This document shows, one piece after another, positions 16,762 to 27,378 of a stretch of 64,000 nt of DNA. Each line of letters starts with the position of its first letter. The stretch's first letter is position 1. The notes under the pieces are model-generated. The model was given only the letters and a program-made list of their open reading frames with translations, made no database searches and was not told the DNA's origin. The translations under genes and the position numbers were made by a program. Location of the stretch: contig JAIXWI010000006.1 in the NCBI GenBank assembly GCA_027491355.1, forward strand, positions 318 through 64,317, given 5' to 3'. Origin of the DNA: Bacteroidota bacterium. GTDB taxonomy: Bacteria; Bacteroidota; Bacteroidia; UKL13-3.

Positions 16762-18022
16762 ATTGAATCAGCTGCATTTTTTGAGCCTGCTTTTGTTAGC
16801 CTATATGCCTGTTTTAACAATTGCACAAGAACAACCTACTTATTTGGTAGGTGGAACCGTTCATGTAGGAAACGGACAGGTACTTTCGGATGCGCACTTA
16901 TTAATGATGGATGGGAAAATTGTAGAACTTTCCAATCGGTTTGACAATCAAATTAAAAATGCCAACATCATTGATGTAAAAGGCAAGCATTTGTATCCAG
17001 GTATCATTGCGCTTAACAACATCATGGGCTTAAACGAAATTGATGCTGTGCGTGCAACAAGAGATTACAATGAAGTAGGCGCGTTCAACCCAAATGTAAG
17101 AAGTGCCATTGCATACAATACGGATTCAAAAATATTACCAACTGCTTTGTTCAACGGCATTGTATATACACAAGCAGTTCCTCAAGGTGGACAAATAAGT
17201 GGTACCAGTAGTTTGTTTTACACCAAAGCATGGAATTGGGAAGATGCGCTTGTACTCGAAGATGATGGGGTTCACTTGAACTACCCTGATTTGTCATCAG
17301 CCAATGATGCAAACGACCGTACGAGTCATTCGCAAAAACAATTAGAGGCAATGATGAACTTTTTACATGATGCTTTTCAGTTTTGCAATGTGCAAAATCA
17401 AACAGTTTTTAACCTCAGGTTTGAAGCCATGAGAAAAGTATTTGTGGGTAAAACTAATTTATATGTTCATGTCAATACTGCAAAAGGAATGCTTTCTGCT
17501 TTGGCTGTTATCAAAGACAAATACCCAGCAGTTAAATTAGTATTTGTAGGTGCTGAAGAGGCGTATCAAATTACAAACAGTTTGAGGTTATATCAAATTC
17601 CTGTAGTATTAACAGCCATTCACCGTTTACCCCTTCACAGTTTTGAAGCATACGACTTGCCGTATCAGTTGGCATCTATTCTACAAGATTCAGGTATTCA
17701 AGTTGCCATTGCTCAAGCTGGTAGTTGGGAATCTCGCAATGTGATGTTCAATGCAGGAACAGCTGTTGCATTTGGAATGGACAAAGAAAATGCATTGTCA
17801 TGCATTACTCTGCAAGCAGCAAAAATTTTAAGTATAGATCACAGAATAGGAAGTTTGGAAAAAGGTAAAGAAGCAACTATTGTTGTTTCAGAAGGAGATA
17901 TTTTGGATATGAAATCTAGTAAAATTACAGCTGTTTACATTAGAGGCGAGCAGGTAGAAATCAATGACGTACAACAAGCGTTGAACAAAAAATACCGCCA
18001 AAAATTCAAACTCAAAGAATAG
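16751..18022 (+). CDS. secreted amidohydrolase family protein
   Basis: Start refined to ATG 16751 (MKTKLNQLHFLSLLLLAYMPVLTIAQE), overlapping the upstream gene by 11 nt. Contains GSLEKGKEATIVV. Confidence 0.8.
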   Translation: MKTKLNQLHFLSLLLLAYMPVLTIAQEQPTYLVGGTVHVGNGQVLSDAHLLMMDGKIVELSNRFDNQIKNANIIDVKGKHLYPGIIALNNIMGLNEIDAVRATRDYNEVGAFNPNVRSAIAYNTDSKILPTALFNGIVYTQAVPQGGQISGTSSLFYTKAWNWEDALVLEDDGVHLNYPDLSSANDANDRTSHSQKQLEAMMNFLHDAFQFCNVQNQTVFNLRFEAMRKVFVGKTNLYVHVNTAKGMLSALAVIKDKYPAVKLVFVGAEEAYQITNSLRLYQIPVVLTAIHRLPLHSFEAYDLPYQLASILQDSGIQVAIAQAGSWESRNVMFNAGTAVAFGMDKENALSCITLQAAKILSIDHRIGSLEKGKEATIVVSEGDILDMKSSKITAVYIRGEQVEINDVQQALNKKYRQKFKLKE

Positions 18023-18023
18023 T

Positions 18024-18779
18024 TTACCAATTAGCGGTAGGGTCTATTTGAAAAACTTCACTCATTTCTGTCACCAAAGTCTCCAAGTGCGCTAAATGGT
18101 ATCCTTTACGACCACCTAAAACAGGTTCCCAACTTGATTGTTCAGGTACTTGTAACCCAGCTTTTTCTAACAAGGGACAAACTACGCTCATCCATTTATC
18201 TTGTAAGGCTTTTTCGCCTTCAAACACACCTTCATTTTTGAGTTCTATTTCGTAATTACCTTCCTCAAATATGCCCAATGCATAGTTCCAAGATTCATTC
18301 AGTGCAGTTTGCATTCTAATTTTGCTGATTTCATTAGCAGTGCTCAATTTTTGAATCCAGGTATTGCCATGAAAAACATGGTATTTGATTTCCCCTTTTA
18401 CTTTCTTGGCCAATTTGGCTAATGGCTCGAATGAACTATTGGCAAACATTTCAAAACGAATTTGGTCTGCATGGTCAAATAAAAAATGACGCATCAAACT
18501 AAAATCATATTCACCATTTGGCAATTCTACAAAATGACAATTGTGGAATTGATTGGCTTTTCTTGAAAAGGCAATTTGGTCTGGATCTGCTTCGCCTAAT
18601 TCATGTAAAATTTGGTAACATCCTTGGGCATGACCTAATTTATCTTGGGCCATTGAAGAAAATGCAATGTCTTCTTCTAAAATAGGACCTAAGCCCGTCC
18701 ATTCACTGTTTCTGTGTCCTAAAACCAATTGGTCGTCGGCAACTTTATAAAGCAATTCTTTAATTGCAGCTTCATTCAT
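18024..18779 (-). CDS. paaC: 1,2-phenylacetyl-CoA epoxidase subunit C
   Basis: 251 aa ferritin-like protein (LGHRNSEWTGLGPILEEDIAFSSMAQDKLGHAQ), directly downstream of paaB. Confidence 0.75.
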   Translation of the reverse strand: MNEAAIKELLYKVADDQLVLGHRNSEWTGLGPILEEDIAFSSMAQDKLGHAQGCYQILHELGEADPDQIAFSRKANQFHNCHFVELPNGEYDFSLMRHFLFDHADQIRFEMFANSSFEPLAKLAKKVKGEIKYHVFHGNTWIQKLSTANEISKIRMQTALNESWNYALGIFEEGNYEIELKNEGVFEGEKALQDKWMSVVCPLLEKAGLQVPEQSSWEPVLGGRKGYHLAHLETLVTEMSEVFQIDPTANW

Positions 18780-18790
18780 ATGCTTTTTTG

Positions 18791-19162
18791 TTAAGCTTTT
18801 TGTGATTTCTTATATTGATTGATCTTGTCCATCACTTTGTAACCACCAGCTTCCCTGTATATTTTATCTGTAGTGGTTTCAAATATGTCGGCATCTTCAT
18901 ACGTTGATGCAAATACGTTACGGGTGTTTACTACCCAAATATTCGCGGTCAAGCCTCTTCTCCCAAATTGTTCTTTGGCAAATGCTAAAGCCATTTCTGG
19001 ATTGGCTGCATGCACAATTCCTACATGCATGTGTTGGTCTCCTCTTTTCTTTTGGTGAAATACTTCATAGGTTTCCCATTGGTCTAAAGTACCAAGTGGC
19101 TCTATGTTATTGTCAACTGAAATGGAAGCCCTGTTAATTCTTGGGTCTAATGATTCAATCAT
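18791..19162 (-). CDS. paaB: 1,2-phenylacetyl-CoA epoxidase subunit B
   Basis: 123 aa containing WETYEVFHQKKRGDQHMHVGIVHAANPEMAL. Confidence 0.8.
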   Translation of the reverse strand: MIESLDPRINRASISVDNNIEPLGTLDQWETYEVFHQKKRGDQHMHVGIVHAANPEMALAFAKEQFGRRGLTANIWVVNTRNVFASTYEDADIFETTTDKIYREAGGYKVMDKINQYKKSQKA

Positions 19163-19180
19163 GCGTGTTGCGTTAGAGGT

Positions 19181-20176
19181 TTAAGCGAATGGAACAACAT
19201 AAGCAGTTTGACCTGATTTTAAAGCTTCTCTTACCCATCTGCCTCTTTCCTCGGCATTTCTTCTGACAGCAAGTCTTTCTGCGTTGCAAGGGCCTCCACC
19301 GTTGATGACTCTCTTGAATTCATCCCAGTCTGGCTCGGTATATTCCCATTTACCAGTTGTTTCGTTTTTCTTCAAGTTGGTATCAGGAACTGTTAAACCT
19401 AAGTCCCAAATTTTTGGAACATACATATTTAAAAACTGTTGACGCATGTCGTCGTTGGTAGCCATTTTTACTTTCCATTTCATCAAAATTTCAGTGTGTG
19501 ATGAAATTTTATCTGAAGGTCCAAAAAAGTGCATAATAGGAGGCCACCATCTGTTGAGTGCTTCTTGAACCATTTGTCTTTGAATTGGGGTACCAGTTGC
19601 AAGTGTTACAACATTGTCGTGTCCATATTTTAAGTGAAACGACTCCTCGGTACAAATTCTGTCCAATGCTCTGCAATAAGGTCCGTAGCTGCCTTTTGCA
19701 TTTGCAACTTGGTTGATGATTGCACCCGCATCAATTAACCAAGCAATGACACAAGCATCTGCCCACGTAAATGCAGGGTAATTAAACACGTTTGAATATT
19801 TTGATTTCCCTGTAATTAAATCATTGATCATGGCTTCCCTACTTTTGCCTAAAGTTTCTGCAGCACTGTACAACAATTGCGCATGCCCTACTTCATCTTG
19901 CACTTTTGCCATCAATGCCAATTTTCTTTTGAAGCCAGGAGCTCTTGTGATCCAGGTTCCTTCAGGAAGTGCACCAATAATTTCTGAATGACCATGTTGT
20001 TCAATCATTCTGATCAACTGTTTGCGGTATTCTTTGGGCATCCAATCTTTGGGCTCAATTTTTTCACCTCTTTCAATTCTCGCTTCAAATTCAGCAAGTA
20101 ATTTTGGGTCTTCATCTGCCAAAACCGAATGGGTTTTACTGGCTTCGTTTGGTTCTATATATGCGTTTCCGTACAT
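19181..20176 (-). CDS. paaA: 1,2-phenylacetyl-CoA epoxidase catalytic subunit A
   Basis: 331 aa di-iron ferritin-like protein ([10 protein letters not shown]...[11 protein letters not shown]). Confidence 0.85.
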   Translation of the reverse strand: MYGNAYIEPNEASKTHSVLADEDPKLLAEFEARIERGEKIEPKDWMPKEYRKQLIRMIEQHGHSEIIGALPEGTWITRAPGFKRKLALMAKVQDEVGHAQLLYSAAETLGKSREAMINDLITGKSKYSNVFNYPAFTWADACVIAWLIDAGAIINQVANAKGSYGPYCRALDRICTEESFHLKYGHDNVVTLATGTPIQRQMVQEALNRWWPPIMHFFGPSDKISSHTEILMKWKVKMATNDDMRQQFLNMYVPKIWDLGLTVPDTNLKKNETTGKWEYTEPDWDEFKRVINGGGPCNAERLAVRRNAEERGRWVREALKSGQTAYVVPFA

Positions 20177-20190
20177 AAAAATGATATTTA

Positions 20191-20796
20191 TTATTGTTTG
20201 TAATTGCTATCTGTAACTAATTTTTTTCGAAGTCCGCCCAATACAAAATCGCTCATTTTTTCAGCAATCTCCTTGGGTTTCATATTTCCAGTTGGTTTGT
20301 ACCATTCAATGATCCAATTCACAGAACTCAATACACTCAGCACTGCAAATTTTGAATCCACATCATCAAATACATCTTCTTGTATGCCTTCTGTGATGAT
20401 TTGTTTGAATCCGTTTTCGTATTGGTTGCGAAGTGTTTTGAATTCAGACAAAAAAGGTTCATTGAGGCGTTTCCATTCAAATAAGAAAACAGCACTTTTA
20501 GAAAGGTCATTGACTATGATGCCTAAGTGCTGCTCAATAGCCATTCTGAGTTTTTGTTCGGCGTTGAAGTAAATATCATTGGTTTCGTCCATGGCGTCAA
20601 TCAATTTGTGAGCCATTTCAAAACAAATGATGGAAAGTATTTCTTCTTTTGATTTAAAATGGTGGTAGAGGCTTGCTGCTTCTATATCTAAAGCATTGGC
20701 AATATCCCTAACAGTACAAGCATCATATCCCTTCTGCTCAAATAACGTAGCAGAGGTTGTAATGATTTGCGTTTTTCTGTTATTGATTTCTTTCAT
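20191..20796 (-). CDS. TetR/AcrR family transcriptional regulator
   Basis: 201 aa with N-terminal [44 protein letters not shown]. Lies immediately upstream of paaA. Confidence 0.8.
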   Translation of the reverse strand: MKEINNRKTQIITTSATLFEQKGYDACTVRDIANALDIEAASLYHHFKSKEEILSIICFEMAHKLIDAMDETNDIYFNAEQKLRMAIEQHLGIIVNDLSKSAVFLFEWKRLNEPFLSEFKTLRNQYENGFKQIITEGIQEDVFDDVDSKFAVLSVLSSVNWIIEWYKPTGNMKPKEIAEKMSDFVLGGLRKKLVTDSNYKQ

Positions 20797-20864
20797 AAAC
20801 CTAACAAGTGTTAGGCAAATTTAATCAAAGCATTCAAAAAAGCAAATGGCTGTTTTACAAGGGC

Positions 20865-21596
20865 CTAAATCCCTAATGCAAACATTACCGGCCTTTTGTG
20901 TAAATCAGGCAACTTGGCTTTCCAAGCGGCCAATGTTTGTGTTTGAATGAAACCCTCTTCTGTACAAACCTCGCATCCAATACAGAGCTTGGTTTGAGGA
21001 TTACAGTTGAGTAAAATATCAGCCAGTAGCTGATTGTTTCTGTATGGGGCTTCCATGAATAATTGGGTTTGTCCTTTGATAGCCAATTGTTCCATTCCTT
21101 GAATTTTTTTAGCCCTTTGGTTTTTATCTATGGGGAGGTAGCCATTAAAAGTAAATTGTTGTCCATTGAAACCACTTCCCATTAAGGTTAGTACAATGCT
21201 GGAAGAACCAGGTAAGGCAATTACTTTAATGTTTTTTTGATGGGCTAGTTTTACCAATTGTGAGCCTGGGTCTGCTATACATGGCAATCCTGCATCTGAT
21301 AACAATCCTGCATCTTGTCCATTGCTAAGTGCAATAAGTAGGTTTTCAATTTCAGCGGCTTCAGTGTGCTCATTCAACTGCCATAATTTAATTTCTTGTT
21401 GGCTGCATTGAATTTTTAATTTTTTAACCAAGGCCCTGGCATCTTTTTCATTTTCTACTACAAAATGCTTCAAGTGATGGGTCATTTTGCGCACCATGTC
21501 TGGAATAAAATCATCTTGGTGTTTGTCTGATAAAACATTGGGAATGAGGTATAAAGACCCATAATTATTGCTTGAATTTGAATGCTTTTGACTCAT
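20865..21596 (-). CDS. tetrapyrrole-methylase-fold SAM-dependent methyltransferase (RsmI-like paralog)
   Basis: Tool ORF begins at GTG 21629; the first ATG is at 21596 (MSQKHSNSS...). Contains GLPCIADPGSQLV and ALPGSSSIVLTLMGSG. Confidence 0.7.
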   Translation of the reverse strand: MSQKHSNSSNNYGSLYLIPNVLSDKHQDDFIPDMVRKMTHHLKHFVVENEKDARALVKKLKIQCSQQEIKLWQLNEHTEAAEIENLLIALSNGQDAGLLSDAGLPCIADPGSQLVKLAHQKNIKVIALPGSSSIVLTLMGSGFNGQQFTFNGYLPIDKNQRAKKIQGMEQLAIKGQTQLFMEAPYRNNQLLADILLNCNPQTKLCIGCEVCTEEGFIQTQTLAAWKAKLPDLHKRPVMFALGI

Positions 21597-21721
21597 GAAA
21601 CTTAGTTTTAATGGCTGTTTTAAAGGCACATATTTTGACGCATTTGCACTTTAAAAAAAACCTTTTTTGTTTATTTATTTAAGAAACACAAATATTCATT
21701 TGATTTTTTGAAAAAATGCCC

Positions 21722-21729
21722 GTTATTTT
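21722..21729 (+). promoter_or_regulatory. candidate Bacteroidetes-type -7 promoter element (TATTTTTG, matching TAnnTTTG) upstream of ppiD
   Basis: Located ~25 bp upstream of ATG 21754 in a 120-bp AT-rich intergenic region. Confidence 0.3.
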
Positions 21730-21753
21730 TGCCACTCTTTAAAATCTTATCAA

Positions 21754-23871
21754 ATGGCAATTTTAACAAAAATAAGAAACAGGTCGGGTTTGGCAATTGG
21801 AATGGTTGGCGGAGCCCTGTTACTCTTTGTAATTTCAGATGCATTAAACAGTAACTTTGGCCTTTTTAGTGGTCAAGCAGCAAATAACAATGTTGGAGAA
21901 ATAGATGGAGAAACCATTGGCATACGTCAATTCGAAGAAAAGCTCGAGCTCAATACTGAGAATTTCAAGATGCGCACACAACAAGAATCCATCGATGAAA
22001 ACACGCGCACTCAATTGCGTGAGCAAACTTGGGCTCAGTATGTAAATGATTACATGATGGCCAAAGAATACAAAGAATTGGGCATTGAAGTAAGCAATGA
22101 AGAATTAGAAGACATGTTGATGGGTAAAAACATTCATCCACAAATCATTCAATCTTTCACTGACCCTAAAGTTGGTACATTTGACGTGAATGCAGTAAAG
22201 AGCTATTTGAAACAAGTTGCTGAAGGCACAGATGAAAAAATGAAAGCTCAATGGAAAGAGTTTGAAGATTTCTTGGTAAACGATGGCATGCAAAGGAAAT
22301 ATGTAAACTTACTAAAGAAAGGAATTTATACAACTTCTTTAGAAGCAAAACATTCATTCTTAGCAAAAAATAGTACTGTAGACATGGCTTTCGTCTCAAT
22401 ACCTTACATGTCAGTTCCTGATACAGCAATCGTTGCAGAAGAATCAGATTTGAAATCTTACTTCAAGAAAAATTTATACAAATACAAAGAGCGTGAAAAT
22501 AGCCGCAAATTAGAGTTTGTAGTTTGGGACTTTGCTCCAACTGCTGAAGACAGTGCAGTGGTTATTAAATGGGCTAACGACCAAGTTGCACAATTGCAAG
22601 CATCAACCAACGATACAGCATATACGGATTTGAACAGTGAAACAAAATTTGATCCAACACCTAGAAACAGAACTGATTTTCCTGAATCAATACAAGATCA
22701 ATTGTTCAATGCCGTTAACGGTACGGTTATTGGTCCGGTGTTTGACAATGGCAAGTACAACGTTTACAAAATAATTGGAGAGAAAGAAGATTCTGTTTAC
22801 ACCATGCGTGCAAGCCATATCTTGTTCAGAATAGAAGGTGCTACTATGGAAGATACCCTGAAAGCTAAAAACAAAGCCAATGAAATCATGGCTAGGGTTA
22901 AAAAAGGCGAATCTTTTGCAGCTTTGGCAAGAGAATTTGGTACAGATGGCACCAAAGATAAAGGCGGAGATTTAGGTTGGTTCAAAGAAGGCTCTATGGT
23001 TAAAGAATTCAATGATGTAGTAAAAGCTGGTAAAAAAGGAGATTTGATGGTTGCAAAAACTCAGTTTGGTTACCATTTAATCAGCATCACTGAAAACAAG
23101 TCTAAGAAATTACTTACAGTTGCTTGTGTTGATAGAACTGTAGCAGCAAGCGATAAAACAACATCTGCGGCCTATAATGAAGCCAGCCAATTTGCAGCAA
23201 GTTCTACCAATTTAGAAGACTTCAATAAAAACGTATCAGACCAAAAAATAGAAAAGCGTATTGCTGAGTATGTGAGAGAAAATGACAACTTTTTACCTGG
23301 TTTCACAGATGCGAGAGAAGTAGTAAAATGGGCTAATTTAGCCAAAGAAGGTGATGTGAGTGAAGTAATTACTATTGGTGGTGATAAATATGTGATTGCA
23401 GCATTGACTAGCATAAGAGAAAAAGGAAAAGCAAATTTTGAAGCGTCAAGAGAGCGTGTTTTAGCTGATTACAGAAAAGAGCAAAAAGCTGAGCAGTTAA
23501 TGGAAAAAATGAAAACAGCAATGGCTTCAGGTTCAGCGCTAGAAGCAATCAGTAAAAACTTAAACCAGTCATTGAATCCTGTTACAAGCCAAACTTTTGA
23601 AAATGCTAGTATACCTTATGTAGGTTATGATCCAAGTTTTGTAGGTGCTGTAATGGGAACATCAGTTGGTAAACTTACAGGGCCATTTAAAGGAGATGGT
23701 GCAGTTTATGCATTCCAAGTAAATAAAATCAATACAGCTACTTTACCTGCAGATTTGGCTCCATTCAAAAACGAAATAGGTAGTGCAAATCAATCACGTG
23801 TTGAATACAGCTACTCTGATGTTTTAAAAGATTTAAAAGGCGTAAAGGATTTCAGGTACAAGTTCTACTAG
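21754..23871 (+). CDS. ppiD: periplasmic chaperone / peptidyl-prolyl cis-trans isomerase (PpiD/SurA-like, parvulin domain)
   Basis: 705 aa with N-terminal anchor MAILTKIRNRSGLAIGMVGGALLLFVISD and parvulin core ASHILF...GGDLGWF. Confidence 0.8.
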   Translation: MAILTKIRNRSGLAIGMVGGALLLFVISDALNSNFGLFSGQAANNNVGEIDGETIGIRQFEEKLELNTENFKMRTQQESIDENTRTQLREQTWAQYVNDYMMAKEYKELGIEVSNEELEDMLMGKNIHPQIIQSFTDPKVGTFDVNAVKSYLKQVAEGTDEKMKAQWKEFEDFLVNDGMQRKYVNLLKKGIYTTSLEAKHSFLAKNSTVDMAFVSIPYMSVPDTAIVAEESDLKSYFKKNLYKYKERENSRKLEFVVWDFAPTAEDSAVVIKWANDQVAQLQASTNDTAYTDLNSETKFDPTPRNRTDFPESIQDQLFNAVNGTVIGPVFDNGKYNVYKIIGEKEDSVYTMRASHILFRIEGATMEDTLKAKNKANEIMARVKKGESFAALAREFGTDGTKDKGGDLGWFKEGSMVKEFNDVVKAGKKGDLMVAKTQFGYHLISITENKSKKLLTVACVDRTVAASDKTTSAAYNEASQFAASSTNLEDFNKNVSDQKIEKRIAEYVRENDNFLPGFTDAREVVKWANLAKEGDVSEVITIGGDKYVIAALTSIREKGKANFEASRERVLADYRKEQKAEQLMEKMKTAMASGSALEAISKNLNQSLNPVTSQTFENASIPYVGYDPSFVGAVMGTSVGKLTGPFKGDGAVYAFQVNKINTATLPADLAPFKNEIGSANQSRVEYSYSDVLKDLKGVKDFRYKFY

Positions 23872-23875
23872 ACTT

Positions 23876-24643
23876 ATGTTTTCCTATAACCAATACGGCG
23901 ATAAAAATATACAGCGCAGTACACTGGTTTTTATACACGGCTTTTGTCAAAACAATACCTGCTTCAACGAGCAGGTATTGTTTTTTAGAGATAGTTATTC
24001 CATTGTTTGTATTGATTTACCTGGTTATGGTAATACCCAGCATTTACAAGCAAATAGTATCCAAGAAATGGCAGATGGGGTTATTGCATTGATGAACCAA
24101 CTTGGTATTGAAAATTTTATACCATTTGGTCACAGCATGGGAGGCTATGTGGCTTTAGCAATTGCCCAAAAAATTCCAACCCGAATTAAAGGCCTTGGAT
24201 TGATTCATTCTACTGCAAAAGCAGATGCTCCTGAGCGTATTGCAAAGCGTGTTCAAACCATGGAGTTTATTCAAGCCCATGGAATGGAAACATATGTAAA
24301 AGCGTTCATTCCGGGTTTATTCAAAGAACAGGATAAAGAGGGTTTAGCGGTCAGACAAGCCATTCAAAGAGGTTTGGCGGCAACTCAATCAGGCATATTG
24401 TGCTCAATTCAATCTATGATGCAAAGACCAGACTTGTCGAGCTTGCTTCATGAATTAACTGTACCTGTATTTTGGGTCATAGGTAAATACGATGTTTTAC
24501 TACCAGAGCTTGATTTATTTAAACAAGCAAATAGCTGCAAATCAGGATTTATTTGCTATCTTAAAAACAGCGCTCACATGGGTATGATTGAAGAGTCAGC
24601 ATTGTTCAATCAAGCACTCTTGAATTATTTAGCAATGCTCTAA
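23876..24643 (+). CDS. alpha/beta-fold hydrolase
   Basis: 255 aa with VFIHGF, nucleophile elbow GHSMGG, and HMGMIEE near the C-terminus. Confidence 0.75.
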   Translation: MFSYNQYGDKNIQRSTLVFIHGFCQNNTCFNEQVLFFRDSYSIVCIDLPGYGNTQHLQANSIQEMADGVIALMNQLGIENFIPFGHSMGGYVALAIAQKIPTRIKGLGLIHSTAKADAPERIAKRVQTMEFIQAHGMETYVKAFIPGLFKEQDKEGLAVRQAIQRGLAATQSGILCSIQSMMQRPDLSSLLHELTVPVFWVIGKYDVLLPELDLFKQANSCKSGFICYLKNSAHMGMIEESALFNQALLNYLAML

Positions 24644-26595
24644 TGAGACAATTGATTCAATGATTTGAGAAGTATTACAAAATCTTTCTCTAACGAATAA
24701 TCTTTGGCATACAAAAAGTTTATTTTTTGTAGGGTAATTTCATTGACAAGTGGTTCAACCTGATGCACAGGGCTAACAATTCCCTTTTTTATTTTGGGTA
24801 AATTCTGAATGTTTGCATTGGCTGCATAGCCAACCCAGGTACAATTTCCAATAATTACCTGTAGCCAATTTTTTAATAGTTGAGCGGGCTGTTTGTTAAT
24901 CAAAATCAAAACAGGTATGAATGGCAACAAAACAAGTGAAATGAACAAATCAAACAAACGTTTTTTCCTTTGTTCATAGGGTTTTGCCAAGGCTAAATTG
25001 AATTCCAAGGTGTAAAAATCGCCCGGTGTATCTTTAGAGTGGCTCCCTATTACAAACAAGCTTTCTTGTGGCACAATCTTATACATTACTTTAGGGTTAC
25101 TGATTTTTCCCATCCAATTGATAATTTGGTTGGCCGATAAATCTTTACTGCAAAAAATCAGCTCATCTACTTGCATCAAATCAACCAATTGGTTTAGCTG
25201 TGAGGCATTACCTAGGTACAGGGGGTTGTTTACAGCATGATTGTCTACACCTATAAAACCTAAAAAATCTGTTTTACTTTTAGATTGAATTAATAAACTT
25301 TGAACCCGCTTAACTTCAGCTTCGTTTCCAACTATAACTGTTCTTAAGCTGCTTTCTAATTTGAAACTGATGCGTTTATTCAAGGCAAAATAAAATAACA
25401 AACGATTTAAATAAGCAATGCATACTACGCCAATACTCCCCAATAAAATTAAGGCTCTTGAAAACCGAAAGCTGTCGTCGGCAAATGCATAAAATACAGC
25501 AATGCCAATGGTTCCTAGGAATATGCCTTTGCTTACACTTAAAAAAGTTCTTCTTTTATCGTAGGCATTAGCTAGGTACAAGCCAATCATCCATAAAATG
25601 GTATAAACACTGGTGTTAATCCATACAATATTCTGTGGGTAAGCCTGACTGTTTGCGTATTTAATTAAACCCCATTGACTACTCAAAGTTAAAAATCCAA
25701 TACCAAACAGTACAAAATCAGCAATGGGTAAGCCAGCTTTTTGAACAAAACCACTCATGACTGCTAACAATGCCCTCAAATAAATGGCTATGTGAATCAA
25801 TAAACTAAACAGTTTGGCGTTTGATTGAGAGTAGTGTTTATTGGCAAAAATGACCATGGCTCGGTAAAAGGTAAATACATAATTGACCGATGTTCTTTTT
25901 GTACTCTCTCCTTTGTAATGGATGATGGTAGTATCTGGGAAATAATAATTTTTGTAGCCGGCTTTAGTAATACGGTAACTCAAATCAATGTCCTCTCCGT
26001 ACATGAAATAATCTTCATCAAGAAGCCCTATTTCATCTAATACATTCTTGCGAATCATCATAAAAGCACCTGCCAAAACATCTACTGAATGTGTTTCTTT
26101 ATGAGAAAGAAATCCCAAATGATACTTTCCAAATCGGGTCGATTTAGGAAACAACGCAGACAGACCAAATATTTTATAAAATGCAACTTCAGGGGTGGGT
26201 AAACCTCTTTTAGATTCAGGTAAAAACTTACCGGCTCCATCAATCATTTTTACACCAACAGCCCCAGCTTCTGCATGACTATCCATGAATTGGATCACCT
26301 TTTCAAAACAATCTTCTTCAACCAAAGTATCAGGGTTGATTAACAATACATATTTGCCCTTAGCAAGGTGAATGGCTTGGTTATTGGCTTTAGAAAAACC
26401 TGTATTGACTTTGTTTGCTATGAGTTGCACCTTCGGAAACAATTGTTTTACCATTTCGCAACTCCCATCTACCGAGTTATTGTCAACTACAAATATTTCA
26501 GCTGTTAAGTTAGTACACGCTTTTTCTATTGAATAAAGTGCTTGTTCAAGAAAATGCTTGACATTGTAATTGACAATTATAACAGATAGTTGCAT
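24640..26595 (-). CDS. glycosyltransferase family 2 fused to a polytopic membrane region and a C-terminal sugar-transferase-like domain
   Basis: 651 aa. N-terminus LSVIIVNYNVKHFLEQALYSI...VVDNNSVDGS is GT2. ~6 hydrophobic helices follow. C-terminus KRLFDLFISLVLLPFIPVLIL resembles polyprenyl-phosphate sugar transferases. Confidence 0.75.
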   Translation of the reverse strand: MQLSVIIVNYNVKHFLEQALYSIEKACTNLTAEIFVVDNNSVDGSCEMVKQLFPKVQLIANKVNTGFSKANNQAIHLAKGKYVLLINPDTLVEEDCFEKVIQFMDSHAEAGAVGVKMIDGAGKFLPESKRGLPTPEVAFYKIFGLSALFPKSTRFGKYHLGFLSHKETHSVDVLAGAFMMIRKNVLDEIGLLDEDYFMYGEDIDLSYRITKAGYKNYYFPDTTIIHYKGESTKRTSVNYVFTFYRAMVIFANKHYSQSNAKLFSLLIHIAIYLRALLAVMSGFVQKAGLPIADFVLFGIGFLTLSSQWGLIKYANSQAYPQNIVWINTSVYTILWMIGLYLANAYDKRRTFLSVSKGIFLGTIGIAVFYAFADDSFRFSRALILLGSIGVVCIAYLNRLLFYFALNKRISFKLESSLRTVIVGNEAEVKRVQSLLIQSKSKTDFLGFIGVDNHAVNNPLYLGNASQLNQLVDLMQVDELIFCSKDLSANQIINWMGKISNPKVMYKIVPQESLFVIGSHSKDTPGDFYTLEFNLALAKPYEQRKKRLFDLFISLVLLPFIPVLILINKQPAQLLKNWLQVIIGNCTWVGYAANANIQNLPKIKKGIVSPVHQVEPLVNEITLQKINFLYAKDYSLEKDFVILLKSLNQLSH

Positions 26596-26657
26596 GGTGT
26601 TGACCTAACGAAAATAAGGGATTCTGATGGTTTTTAACAGTTCAATAACACAAATGC

Positions 26658-27287
26658 TTATTCGTTGTTTCCTGTTTGAATTTGGTTGCGGTAGGGAACC
26701 CTGCTTAAGATAGATCTTCCTAATGTTATTTCATCAGCATACTCTAATTCGCCACCTATTGCAATTCCTTTAGATATGGTTGATAATTGTACGTCCATCC
26801 CTTTTAACTTTTTAGACAGATAAAAAATGGTTGTATCACCTTCCATGGTTGCAGACAATGCCATGATGATTTCTTTGATCCCTTCATTTTTGACGCGTTC
26901 AATAAGAGATTCAATTTGTAATTGGTCTGGTCCAATGCCATAAATTGGGTTAATCAGTCCACCCAACACATGGTACGTGCCAAAAAATTGGTTGGTATTT
27001 TCTATGGCCAATACATCTTTCAAATCTTCAACAACACAAATAACTTGATTGTCTCTTTTGGGGTTACTACAAATATTACACACAGCTGTATCACTCACAT
27101 TGTAACAACGGGTGCAATAGGTAATCTCATTGCGTAAACGAATAATTGAATTACCAAGTTTATCAGCAGTTTCTACATCTTTTTTTAGCAGGTAAAGTAC
27201 CATTCTCAAGGCCGATTTTTTACCTACACCTGGAAATTTAGAAAGTTCCTGAACAGCTTCTTCAATTAATTTAGACGGGAAATTCAT
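26658..27287 (-). CDS. recR: recombination protein RecR
   Basis: 209 aa with HhH LSKFPGVGKKSALRM, a C4 zinc finger (CTRC...CNIC) and a Toprim domain. Confidence 0.9.
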   Translation of the reverse strand: MNFPSKLIEEAVQELSKFPGVGKKSALRMVLYLLKKDVETADKLGNSIIRLRNEITYCTRCYNVSDTAVCNICSNPKRDNQVICVVEDLKDVLAIENTNQFFGTYHVLGGLINPIYGIGPDQLQIESLIERVKNEGIKEIIMALSATMEGDTTIFYLSKKLKGMDVQLSTISKGIAIGGELEYADEITLGRSILSRVPYRNQIQTGNNE

Positions 27288-27378
27288 GTTTCAATATTAC
27301 AGCCAAAAAAAGCAAACTTACACAGCGTTTATAAACAGATTTGTGTTCTTTTTGTGCATTGCTTACTTTTACTTCAGC

